A stretch of DNA of 64,000 bases from Tubulanus polymorphus (taxonomy: Eukaryota; Animalia; Nemertea), in the NCBI RefSeq assembly GCF_964204645.1, contig NC_134026.1, forward strand, positions 21,424,150-21,488,149, in the 5' to 3' direction. Under the pieces are notes generated by a model. It worked only from the letters and a program-made list of their open reading frames with translations. It did not search any database and was not told the DNA's origin. Positions within the stretch are counted from its first letter, which is position 1, and each line of letters begins with the position of its first letter. The translations under genes and the position numbers were made by a program. Shown here piece after piece: positions 37,401 through 48,900 of this stretch.

Positions 37401-39055
37401 CCGCGTCGACTATGATCAACGTATGCAAAGTACGCCCGCTTTTGCCGGTCCACGAAATCTGGGGTCTAAATCTCGTTTGCCAAGGCGTCGCTTCTACACG
37501 ACCGGTCGGATACGCGTAGAATACTTTCGAAGATTTCTGTTCCACCACGTCGTTACAGCCTATATATCTACCTAGTATATTTAGGAGAGAATTAACGGGG
37601 ATGAATCATATCTGTTGAAATTCAGTCAAAGAAAAATATTTTTCTTATTTTAGATTTTTCAATGTGGGAACTATGTACCTGGTGGTGACTTGTAGCGAAC
37701 TATCAGCCGTTTGTTTAAATTGTTCATCATTTTAGGCCCGCGTTTTCCGAACAGACGAGTTGCCAGGCTCTCCGGGCGCCGATCTGGATTGTAACAATCT
37801 ATCGGGTCTGTTTTCGCGTTGAAACATCTACGTTGCCAACTTCTGCCGAACCAGAAATAACCTTTACTCAAAGCGCGGTATTTTATTTGGAAGATCTGAT
37901 GCCCCGTTGAGCCGCAATTATTGCATTTCCCTGCGCCAGAACCTGCAAAAAGTAACCGAAATTCCGGCTTTCATTAAAGTCCGTCGGGAAAACGAAATTA
38001 GATTAAAGTTGAAACTGAATTTCTGATTGATGAGTCTCTAAGATGCCTCATCTATCTTTATTTTGCTCTCAACGCATCATGGTGATGTATAGAGCAACAG
38101 TACGGTGATAAAATCATTTCATTGTTTTTTATTTCCCTTATCGTTGAAATATCGTTTAGCGTATACACGTTTATATATTGCAACCGCTCCCAATGAATAG
38201 CCATCATCTCCGTAAATATTCGAGTAGATTAGAGAATATCGAAGAGTGCACGACTACGCGCCAATTCAAATTTCAATATTTCGGTTTGGAATATTCATGA
38301 GCTTTTTTGACGACGCTTACCCGGCGAATTTTTCAGTTTCATAGGAATATTAAATGGAGGGTTTCGTGCGCGAGACGCTATACGCGATAATGTGAAATAT
38401 AGACGGGCGGCACATCGGTGAAAAATATGTTTGATGTACAGCTCGCACGATTCGTTTTCATTAGACGAAATGATGATTGAGAAGCGAAAAGATCGCATAA
38501 AAGGATAAAATGACAACTCAATGCAATACCGATAACGACCGAACTATAGCAACCGAGTCGCATAACACTATATCCCGCATACAATAATAACATTTTGTTA
38601 TTTTGTTATGGGTTCTGCGTCCATTATTTCTTTTTCGCCATAGAAATAAGTTCATTATACCTAAATATATGTAATCATTTATTTAGTGAACAACAAAAAG
38701 AATTTAATTACACGCGCAACGGCGAATATATTCAAATTTTGATTTTCAAGATTATTTCGAGGATTCATCAACGGATAAGTTCATATACCCGCTATATACC
38801 AAAAACAAAAATTCATAAAGACTATAATAAATTTAGCCAATACTCATTTTAAAAGCGCTTAGTTTATTTTGAAAACGAATTCCCCTTAAAAAAAAACGGA
38901 AATTATATAAATTATATTTATATAATCGTTACCATCATCATTGCTATCATTATCAACAAAATAAAGAACAAATTCAACTTACCGAAAACTGATATCGAAC
39001 AAATTATGAAAAATAAGAAAAATCCGTCAAATACAGAAAGCTGGTGCGCAGCCAT
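31422..39055 (-). CDS. Secreted protein with two tandem PEBP-like domains (resembles the C. elegans C56G2.4-like family), 9 exons, ~520 aa
   Basis: Exons 39055-38983, 37942-37679, 37571-37339, 35739-35577, 35434-35330, 34968-34836, 33777-33647, 33003-32727, 31605-31422 join in frame. Signal peptide MAAHQLSVFDGFFLFFIICSISVFG. PEBP motifs HTLIIVD..HGLWVDIPG..YLFILFKQ..GPVAMNW and LLHWVLTDI..YIGPLPP..HFYHFVVYEH..VGASW. Confidence 0.85.
33945..34153. repeat. Inverted-repeat element in a PEBP-gene intron
   Basis: aacaccgcataatatgtagcaatc..aaaatgagattaaaa pairs with ttttaatctcatttt..gattgctacatattatccggtgtt. Confidence 0.65.
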
Positions 39056-39261
39056 GGTAAATAATCCTGTCAAGTGTGTGAGTGAGTTGAGTACTGGTGT
39101 TCATTCAATGACACGCTGCAATAATGTTGTCTGATGTGTCTGCGTCCGTACGTATACGTATATCTATACAAATAACAGTGACAGATTGTATCTAAATGAG
39201 ATGTGTTGATCTGTCTTCGTCGGCGGAAAGTTTGATTTCTGCCGACGCGGGCTGTTTCGGA

Positions 39262-39269
39262 TTTAAATA
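39262..39269 (-). promoter_or_regulatory. TATA-like box (TATTTAAA) upstream of the PEBP-domain gene
   Basis: About 200 bp upstream of the ATG on the coding strand, in a GC-rich flank. TSS not determined. Confidence 0.35.
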
Positions 39270-42200
39270 GCCTCGCTAATAAGGTCAATAAAGAGCAGCT
39301 TTTTGTAGAGCTGACAAGTAAAACTGATGACGTATGTAAAAGCTTCTATTTAAAACTCTACGTAAACAACCTACAAACCCATATTTGTGCATCGTTTAAT
39401 GCGACCACGTCGGCATAGTGCCTCATATTCCGCGAAATAATTCGATCATGCCCTGAATATCTAGGCTATTGCTACAATAGGAGGACGGGCTGAGCTAATT
39501 AAAACATCATTATCGGTCACTTCAAAGCACGCCCAGAGACCCTAAAATCGTTTTATTTGTGGTCATATTTCCCAATAACACTATAAATTCTCAGAAGTTT
39601 GATTTTATTGCCACAGTTTGATATACGCGGTAATATGAAAAATATTTCACGAATGTCGTAAGGAGTTGCAAGGCGTGGGATTTAAGTTCTCGGGTATCTT
39701 ATTCACATGTTTCGCTTCGTCTTTCAGTGTTCCACGACACCATTCGGAACTTTGCATTCACTATTCCCAAGACTTATCTCATTTACACATATCGAAACAG
39801 GGAACAAGGTCGTTCCAGTTGCAAGGGGACGGCGTTCTATGGCCAGAAACCCGGAAACGGCCGACACGTGTTTCGATTGCAGATTGAATATTTATTCGCA
39901 GAGAACTCTACAGGTTGGAACATCAACGAACTGAATCATGTTCAGAAAAAGTGGTCAATATTGTGTCGTCTGTACGTACTGGAATGATATGACGAACGTC
40001 CATCTAACACCTGCCCGATACGATGTAGATAAGGCAGCCAACGAAATTAACCCCAATCAGTCGCTTGCCGGTTCAGGCTGGTTGGAATATTGTTTGAATG
40101 AAGTTATATGATTTATACAAAAAATTCTGTAAATTCGACTCGACCACCGATCACACGTCACAACTAAGCTTACATCTGTACTTCGATTTCCGATTTCAAA
40201 ATCAAACCCGCTGTTACGCTCCCGGCAGGTGTGGTTGATTTGTGACACCAAATCAAAACAAATCAAACGGAATCTAAAAACACCTGATAAATAAAAGCCC
40301 GATTAATGTGATAGCTTGGGCGTGTGCGCGTGCGTAACATTTCCCAACATGTCACCTGCCGAAATTTTCGGGTCGGACTTACAGTCGTCAGGCTCCTCGC
40401 CAATCAATTCAAACGGCAAGTGTTAGGCGAGTTTTAGTATTTGCGTATTCGATGTTTGGTAAGACAATAAAATCGGAATTTATTTCCGAAAAACGTCATC
40501 AGGCCAGGTATTGGTGCATGTGAACGTTGTTAGCAAACTGTAGATGTAAGAATGGATTTCGCTGCTGCCTCAATGCATCCCCAGTGACCCTAATGGATCT
40601 GCGTCATCAGATGTGGTTGGTTTTAACACCTCCAACTTGTGGCTCAGCAATATTATCAATTTCCGCAACCACCATATATCTCGGTCGGTGTGTATAGTGA
40701 AATATTTTCCATATGGCGTGACAAATGTGACCAACAGATCGCCCGATGAATTATTCAAGGGGTGCGGTGATAATCTAACCGCGAGACCGCCTGAAAATCC
40801 ATTGTTGGCCAGGGAGGTACAGGTTTCCCTTGCACCCCAGTCAGGTATAGGTGATGACCCCAGAATTACGCGTTACAGTGTTTTTACTGCTCGCTTTGTT
40901 AGTTGTAGAGAGAATACCACTTTTTTCGACGGCTCTCGTACGAAGTCGCTGAGAATTGTACGTGATCACCTCGCGTAGAATACCGCGTAACCACAAGTTT
41001 GTAAAAGCATCTGTGCAACACACTGGAGATTACACAACCGCATTAAATAATTCGGTATCATTTTTTTTTCAATTTGTTAACCAGATTTCATCGTATCTGT
41101 TATTCGCCGAACGTGGTTAGTATATGGATATGTATCGGTTTTTTTCTAATGGCAACCACTGCCTCTCAGCGAAAAGTACCATTCAATTCGCCAACGCATC
41201 AATTGAAAACATGCAATTCCCTTGAATAAATATATAAACACCGTGTGCCATATGAATATCAAAATTCTCTCTAATAAGAACATTTCAGTGCAAAAATCGT
41301 TTTTGATCAAGGTCGAAGCGTAGTTCCATTCCATTGTCATCGCGCCCGGAATAAATCACATTGAAATCGGATATATACTTTGAAATCGGATGTATCATAT
41401 ATACTTTGGAAAATGAATGTGGCATCGGAAGTAGCGGCAAGGTTAACCAATTAACTGATTACAACCTTTAATTCGAACATTATTTCAAAGTAGCCGTGTC
41501 TTATATTAGAGATATTAGTCCAAAATATGGTTTCAGTCTACGCAAAATATCATGATTCGATGACAATAGAATCCATTTCCAGATGACTTCGTTTTCTATT
41601 CTAACAACTGATGAGAGTTTCAACGAGTAGGTTTTATTCTAGTCTATTAGAATTACTTAAGTGTCTTCAGAAGTCGAGATTGTGACAGATAACCGATATA
41701 CGAGCGCAACTATACCGCGCGACACACCGGGCCATGTTGCAATTATTATACTTTTCTTTCTTCACGATTTGTCCAAATATGGTCTGTCGTAGACGAAACC
41801 CTTCCCAGAAAATCAGTTGATGCTATACTCTGGGCGGTGTCTACAAATTTGCGTGAATGAACGAGTAGCCGTGAACAACAATGCTTCCATAGTACACGAT
41901 TCCGACAAATCGGAAGAACTCGCAAGAAGACAAAACATTTTTTTTATTTTCAAAAGGCAACGAGTTTAATATACCGAAAATAGCATCTATAAAAATACAA
42001 TAAAATATACAATGAAACTTGAATATATGAACGATGATGATTTCAAAAACAACTATGTCTAGACACTTTTGGCAACCCCGTCGTTTCCTTTGCCTTAGTC
42101 AAACAATGGACTCAAAGTCGTCACAATGATTAATCTCCATAAAAGAATCTTATTACTCGTTACACTTATTTTCTAGAATACACACAAGTATATAATATTG

Positions 42201-42639
42201 AGATTTGAACCGGCATCAATTTTCTAACCATTTCACACAGATACTAATTAGTCCCAATATCGACAAAATATACAGCATGGATCGATATGTATGTGTATAT
42301 GACCCTGTATTTTATATACATGATAAATTAATTAGGGATAGTGGTGCTGTTCATTGATACTGGATCCATACTTTATATTGAGTGTCTGTGATGTAACTTC
42401 GGATATAGCAAGGTTCATTAACAGAATATTACTTAATTAAACAATGAATAACTCCACATCATTATTCATAGAAACATAGACCTATATAAATATATACAAA
42501 CAACCATATACAAGTGAAAAACTTGTGCGTATTCAAAATATCAAACCGTTAAAAATATACAAGTATAAGTGAGCAGTGTGCAAAAATAGTCCACCAATCA
42601 AAAACCGTTGAATTTACATAATCACTATATAGTAACATA

Positions 42640-42830
42640 AGCCGCGATCACACGAGCAAATTTGGCCCGGAACAAATGTTCGCACGGGTGCCAAATGGGG
42701 CTCGACCAAAAACGTCGGACCAGGCCCGAGCCTAATTTTAGCACCAGGCAAATGATTGCACGGGCCACACCTGGCCCGAGCCTGATCGGTGCCAATTTGG
42801 CCCGGACCAAATCTCCGTGTGATCGCGGCT
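42640..42830. mobile_element. MITE with AGCCGCGATCACACG TIRs and internal tggccc(g) subrepeats
   Basis: Perfect 15-bp TIR; a more decayed copy at 47210-47512 shares the right end atctccgtgtgatcgcggct. Confidence 0.7.
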
Positions 42831-45218
42831 ATAAACATGCCCGATAGGCACCGGAGATCCGAACCATCATTTCGATATAAGCGGTGGGTGGCGCGCTGGC
42901 CGAGTCAATTCTCTTTCATTTTCTCTCACAAGTCTGCACTTATACAAAAAGTTTTTTTCTTTAAGAAAAGTTTCGTTTCTATTAAACATCGTCTCAACGA
43001 CACCGAGTAATCAATCGTCTGCGGAAAACATTTTATGTACATAATGTTTTTGTCTCATTTGTCGATCACGACAGCCGGAAACTGGCCGGACTATCCAACA
43101 GTGCTATATTCTGTTAATCATCTTGACACTCCACCAGCACAGATAGTAGGCACACCCTTATATTGTATGGTGGTTGAATCGGGCCATACTCAAAGTTTTT
43201 TCTAATACGGCTAGACGCATTCTAACGAAGCAAACGAGACCAAAGTTTTTTTCATACAAGGTTTTTTTATGTGAGAAAACAGAAAAACTTGGGTCTGTGT
43301 ATTCTTCAAAAATCAAACCCCCTGATTCGCTCCCGGCAGGTGTGGTGCGTTCGTAAGGGACACCAAATCAAAAAGTCAAACGAAATCTACCAATCAAATA
43401 AATAACAGGGCCAATCCCTATTCTAAGATTTAAAAAAACTTCTTCATCTTGTATCTAGCCGTAGAGAACATTCTTTTAGTACGCCCAGAATCAGCTACCG
43501 CATCCTTGTAATTACAGATTTGTCCAACCACACAACAACTTGTTCAATAAAGTAAGATAAAGTCTCATCTAGGATAATAATTACCGCATAACTTGAATAC
43601 ATTTCAGGCAAATGTTCAAATAAAAAAAAACGTTTGTAAAATTTTCTATAATTCAATCGATATGTTTGTCGGCTGATATAAAGCTGCTTTTATAAAAAGC
43701 GACCAATATCAAAACGTCAATGTCAGCCAAACCGCGTCCAATTCAGAATATTCCGAACACGGTCGAAACCGCGTGAATAAACAAAAACAAATTGCAATTC
43801 ACGTTTCAAAATGAATCATCGCACGATCCTCATCAACCACTAGCGCGACACGTAATTCCGCAATAATACCCGATGAGGCTTCATATTTTCTGCGCAAATA
43901 AATTCATTTTCTAAGAATAAATCGTCGACGAGACCGCCATTAAGCGCGTCGTATCTCGGGAGTATTTTTTCGCGCATTCTTTCCGTCGGAGAGCTGCACC
44001 GCCGACGCCGCATCGCGTTCACCTGCGCTTTATATACGAATTCAACGTACCAATATTTGATGGTTTTCATCGGAAAACAGAGCACAAGATCATCAAGCCG
44101 GGTCCCCAGCTAACAATATTCACGAATGAATAATTTACGAATGAATTCCCTCATGAATATTGATAATATCCTATGGTAATCGACGCCAATTTGCACGTTG
44201 CAAAAATGTTATTAGCTAATTCATCAAGAGCATATTTCCCGCACGACAAATCTATCAATTATTGATGCCAAATAATGAGGGCCTCATCATCATCGCATTT
44301 TTCGGGCACCAAAATATCATCCGTATTTTAGCAATCGAAAGTTCGAACATACCCGTGCACAGCGTCGTTCGCGGTGAAGAAAAGTTGACAACTTTGTGCA
44401 TATGTATATACTCGATGTTTAAAAATGTGTCCAAGTGAATAAATACATGCTTGTTATAAATGTAGAGACGAGCCCATGGTAAAAAAAAATAGCAAAATCT
44501 ATATTATTTTCAATTATCCACTTATTACATAAACAAAATCGAAGAGACTACATCAGTCATTTTCATATTCTCATACCGGTATAGAATCTGTCAAAGGGAG
44601 AGATTACGTAAATATCATATATTTTCGTTTAAAAAAAGTGAATGACCCAAAAGTCCGCGGTGAAAGTTCAGTAAAAACAGTAAGGGGGCTATCAATAGTT
44701 GATGTATGCGCGTATGTATGAGTATGACTCAACCACACCCAGCAAGAAAGTACGATGATTTAAGTCCGAAAGCTGATTAATTTGCTCAGTTCGGTAGCTT
44801 CCATTTACATGTAAAACTCGTTCAAATTATTTCGCGCACGACACGGCCATACATTTCTATGGTTACGCGTATGTACACCGACACCGCCATCGTTGTCGTC
44901 GTTAAGTATAAGCCGACTAGCGCGCAAGATCATCATTCAAAATATCATTATGAAATTTCCGACGCGTATTTTCACCGTGTGTACGTTAGTGCGGGTAGGA
45001 TCTAACAGCACGTAAGAAGTGTGAATCTATATTAGTGAGTTTCTTAATCAACAGGCGGTTTCGGTGACAATAAGCTCTAACGACGTCATTGTAGACAAGT
45101 AGATCATCAACCAAACTGATCACACATGTATAGAAGATCATTGAGTATAATCTAACAAGTCATGAGAGCATAAAATGTAGTCAGTAATGTCGTAGTAACA
45201 CAGTAACACTAGATACTA

Positions 45219-45356
45219 GATGAGATGCAAGATTCTTAAATTCTCACATTTTTTTTCACATTGCCATTTTCCGCTGAAAAAACCAGGATTTTTCACATTT
45301 TTTCATGCCAAGAAATGTTCACGTTTTTTTTTCACATTTTTCACGTACATCTCATC
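45219..45356. repeat. Short inverted-repeat element with ttttcaca repeats
   Basis: gatgagatg..catctcatc ends; internal tttttcacat repeats. Confidence 0.45.
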
Positions 45357-45968
45357 CTTGAAAAGTCCTGTGTACAAATTCATTCAATCATTGAAATCTC
45401 TTGACGTTCTGGTAAAACGTAGAGGCTAGGTTTACAAAATCTCACGACAAAACTTGATTGTGTGAAAGCAAAGATAATGGTCATGACATTCATCGCTAAT
45501 TTTATCTGAGCGCTCAAGCTATATTCAATTTTCTTTTGCCATAATCATAATGAAGTATCATCCAATTTCATCTTTTCAACGTTAACTAGACTTTCGCTGG
45601 TACGTCAATATCAACGATGTAAACCCACATGAATGCGTACAATAATAACAATTCAACCTAAAAAACTGGATCCAGCCATGACTAAGTAACCGGGTATGAT
45701 TCTATTTTTTTCAAAATATCTTCTTTCAATTCATGATATCCATACGAGGACTGGTAAATATATATGTACATATAACAGTGACATAAAGATGTCCAAAATA
45801 CAATAATAGGTGACATAATAGATATGTTGTTCAAAAATAATAAGTTAACATGTTTTCTTTTTTCGAGAGATTGCACTGATACGCTATCGTTCTATCACTA
45901 AGTCATTCGCATTATTTTCAGCTTGAGTACAGGAAAGATCTTTTACACACGAGGAATGATTTCGGCGA

Positions 45969-48900
45969 CTAACAATTAGAATCGCCGGCTTCAATGGGCG
46001 TTATTCCGCGATCGGTAGGATGCTGCCTAGTCTCAACAGCAGGAAAGTTAGAGTTGTCAGCCGGTCCATTATCGGAAGTAACTAATGACGGATAATCGCT
46101 TAACTGTCGTCCCGCTAACCCTTGATCATCCGGTTCATTTGTCATTTGACTTCGCGTGCTCCCTTGTCGTATTAGATTCAGCGTGCTACCTGTTGTGCTT
46201 TCCGCATCGTCCTCAAACTGGAAGTTCTGCAAATGACCGTTCCACGGTTCACCTGAATCATAGAAAACAATTATCTTAAAAATTAAGCCTGTGGCTTCAA
46301 GAGCGAAATGCATTAACCATAGAATCTATAAAAATCGTTGCCATAAATCCTAAATGACTATGTTCTAGTAACCAGTCCCTGTTACAGGGTCCCTACAGAT
46401 CAGTCATTCCTGGATATCAGGGCCCGGTTTCATAGACTGGTATTATTATTAACCCAGGGGCTTACTCAATTCAATTTCAATTGAGTTAACTCCCAGGTTA
46501 AAGATAATACCAGTCTATAAAACTGGCTCCAGGAGTTTTCAAGGAGTTTTAAAAGAATAAGTTTCAAATTTCGAGGAAGTGTCAGCATCGCAATCATATC
46601 CCAATTAAAGAGTTGACTCCTCTTGAATCGGTATGGTTTATCTCAGTTAACCTGTAAAGTTCTATTCTTATCCAATCAGCGACGAGTACTGCGGCGTCAC
46701 ATGACTTTTAGACTCGGCGATGACCTGAGTGCTCTTGAGGTTGTGAGACAAACTAATCGGCAAACGGCGGTGACGTGCAAACTACTGCTGTTCTTACGAC
46801 GATCTGATTGAGTTTTGAGTCAACCTGAGCTTGGCTTAATACCGAATATTAAAAGGAAATCTGAACCATAATTAGCAGACGCACCTGAATAATAGTTATC
46901 CGAATTGCTGTTGGTTGCTTTTACCGAAGGTTCATGATTCGTCATTGTCGTTCGCATCTTTTTGCCCTTTATCCCTGGAAAAGGAAAGATTATAAATTGC
47001 TTCAATGCTCGCATTAAGAACAGTCTATATATAGCCAATCTTCAAACAGATTTAATACCATTTTTTGACTTAAGGGAAACGACTCTTCAATTGGGTAAAG
47101 AATTGTCCACACTCATGGATGCTAAATCTAAACTACCATCAAACAAGTTGTTTGAAGATTACTTTATGTTAACAGTTAAAATTAACACCATCAAACTTTT
47201 CATATCTACAGCTGCGATAACACAAGCATTTTCGGCCTGTGCCTAATTAGGGCCGGAACAACTGTTAACACAGCAAATTTAGCCCAAACAAAATCGTCAG
47301 ACCCAAGCCAAGTTTTAGCAAAGGCCAAAATATTGCGTGTGAATTGCAACTCGTTCCGGAAGTGCCTCACTTCACTTTTTTATGCATTTTACAGTATCGA
47401 GTGAGTGGTTTGCATGTGAACGCACTTTTTATTTAAGCATGGGCCAAATTTGACTAGGGCCTTAACCATGCTACTTTTGCCCGGGCCAAATAATCTCCGT
47501 GTGATCGCGGCTTATAACAGTGTTAACTCTTTATTAACCCTGAGCAACCTTCCCTTTCTTCCACACCAGAAGTTACTACTGGTAATCTGATTTCAATTTG
47601 CAACATGGGAAATTTTTTGATTCAATAATTTGATCGTGTCGCATTACAAAAAACAAGTGCAGGAAAATACGATGCGATAGAAAAAAAAAACACATGCCAT
47701 TTTCATTAGAAATAAACTAAATTCACGAAGATTTAAATTCAACGTTTTCCCCCGACATTCGAAAAAACGCATATTCCGGCGTTTCGCTTAAATACCACGC
47801 GAACCGACTGCATTTCATCAAATCAGTGAACTGCCAGCAGACACATAATGTGAACGGTAGCCACCCTGACAGTCATTAAAATGGCTGTTATCCCCGTAGT
47901 TGCGTCTAATGATATTCTACGACGGTTATTTGCGGTGGTTTATGTGGCCTGTTAAATCATTAACAACAATCTATCTAGACTCTCTCTCTCTCTCTTTATT
48001 TTGACGATATGGCTATGAATGGATATGGCAACCGTATAAGCATATCGTCGGCTCAGTGAGTTCCCCGAGATAGCCAGAAGCCGCTGCGTTACGTACACGT
48101 TCAAAATCAGACGTTAACTGATAATGCGTTCGGGGGGGGGGGAAGAAAAAAGTGAAATTATCGTATCGTCGTATTAAGACCGATTGAATGATTGATATCA
48201 TCTGACGAAACGAATTTTCAATGATAAAAAAGATCTGAGGGAGTCCCGCTAGAGTTGATTACTAGAAATCTGATAGCTAACCGAATGCATATTTAACGAC
48301 GAATGGGGCTCGAGACGTTGTACGTACGAGCCGATAATGATTTGAATTCGAGTGCAAAGAGAAGATAATGGCAGCAGATATCGACTATTTTCTGTAACTC
48401 GAATTAAAATACTCAAGAACTGAGATTTTTGTAGCCGGCTAGAAGAAACCGCGCAGTTTTGAAGTATTTGATGAATAATACCGATATCTTTATATAGGAA
48501 TTTCATAACAGAATTACGTATCTAATTTTTAAATCAATGATGATAATGAAAGAAAGACTGTTTTTCTCTAACATCTCAAGTTTCAGGTTCTGACTTAAGC
48601 CCAGCACACACAGCAACGCGAAAAACGTTTTGTTTTTCATGCTTCTATGTTTCTATGATACCAAATGCAAACAGTGCGTATGCATGGCGCTAGAGAAACA
48701 CTCTGAAAACAACTGCCAGCTCCATTCAAAAGTTTGAACAAATTCGCATTCGATTTCATTCGATTCGCTTATAAATAAATTGCCATTTTGATCATAGTCA
48801 AGTTTAATCTATACATTATGTATTTCCATATATAAGAAAACTGTCTCAGGAAAGTGGGATCAAATCCTGATACTGTTAACTTTCAAGAATGATTTCGAAA

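Noticed and set aside
37740-37782. RR-PESLATRLF-GKR as an amidated neuropeptide within the PEBP protein
   Set aside because: Single copy in a generally K/R-rich region that probably belongs to the folded domain; there is no precursor-like repetition. Peptidomics would be needed.
39666-39987. Three overlapping + strand ORFs
   Set aside because: No recognisable domain or exon chain; the QKKWS resemblance to Myb/SANT-like TE proteins is too short to support.
40851-40952. C/D-box snoRNA (GTGATGA..CTGA)
   Set aside because: No terminal stem, no recognisable rRNA guide, and no host intron.
42614-42847. GC-rich ORFs on both strands
   Set aside because: Artefacts of the MITE's internal repeats.
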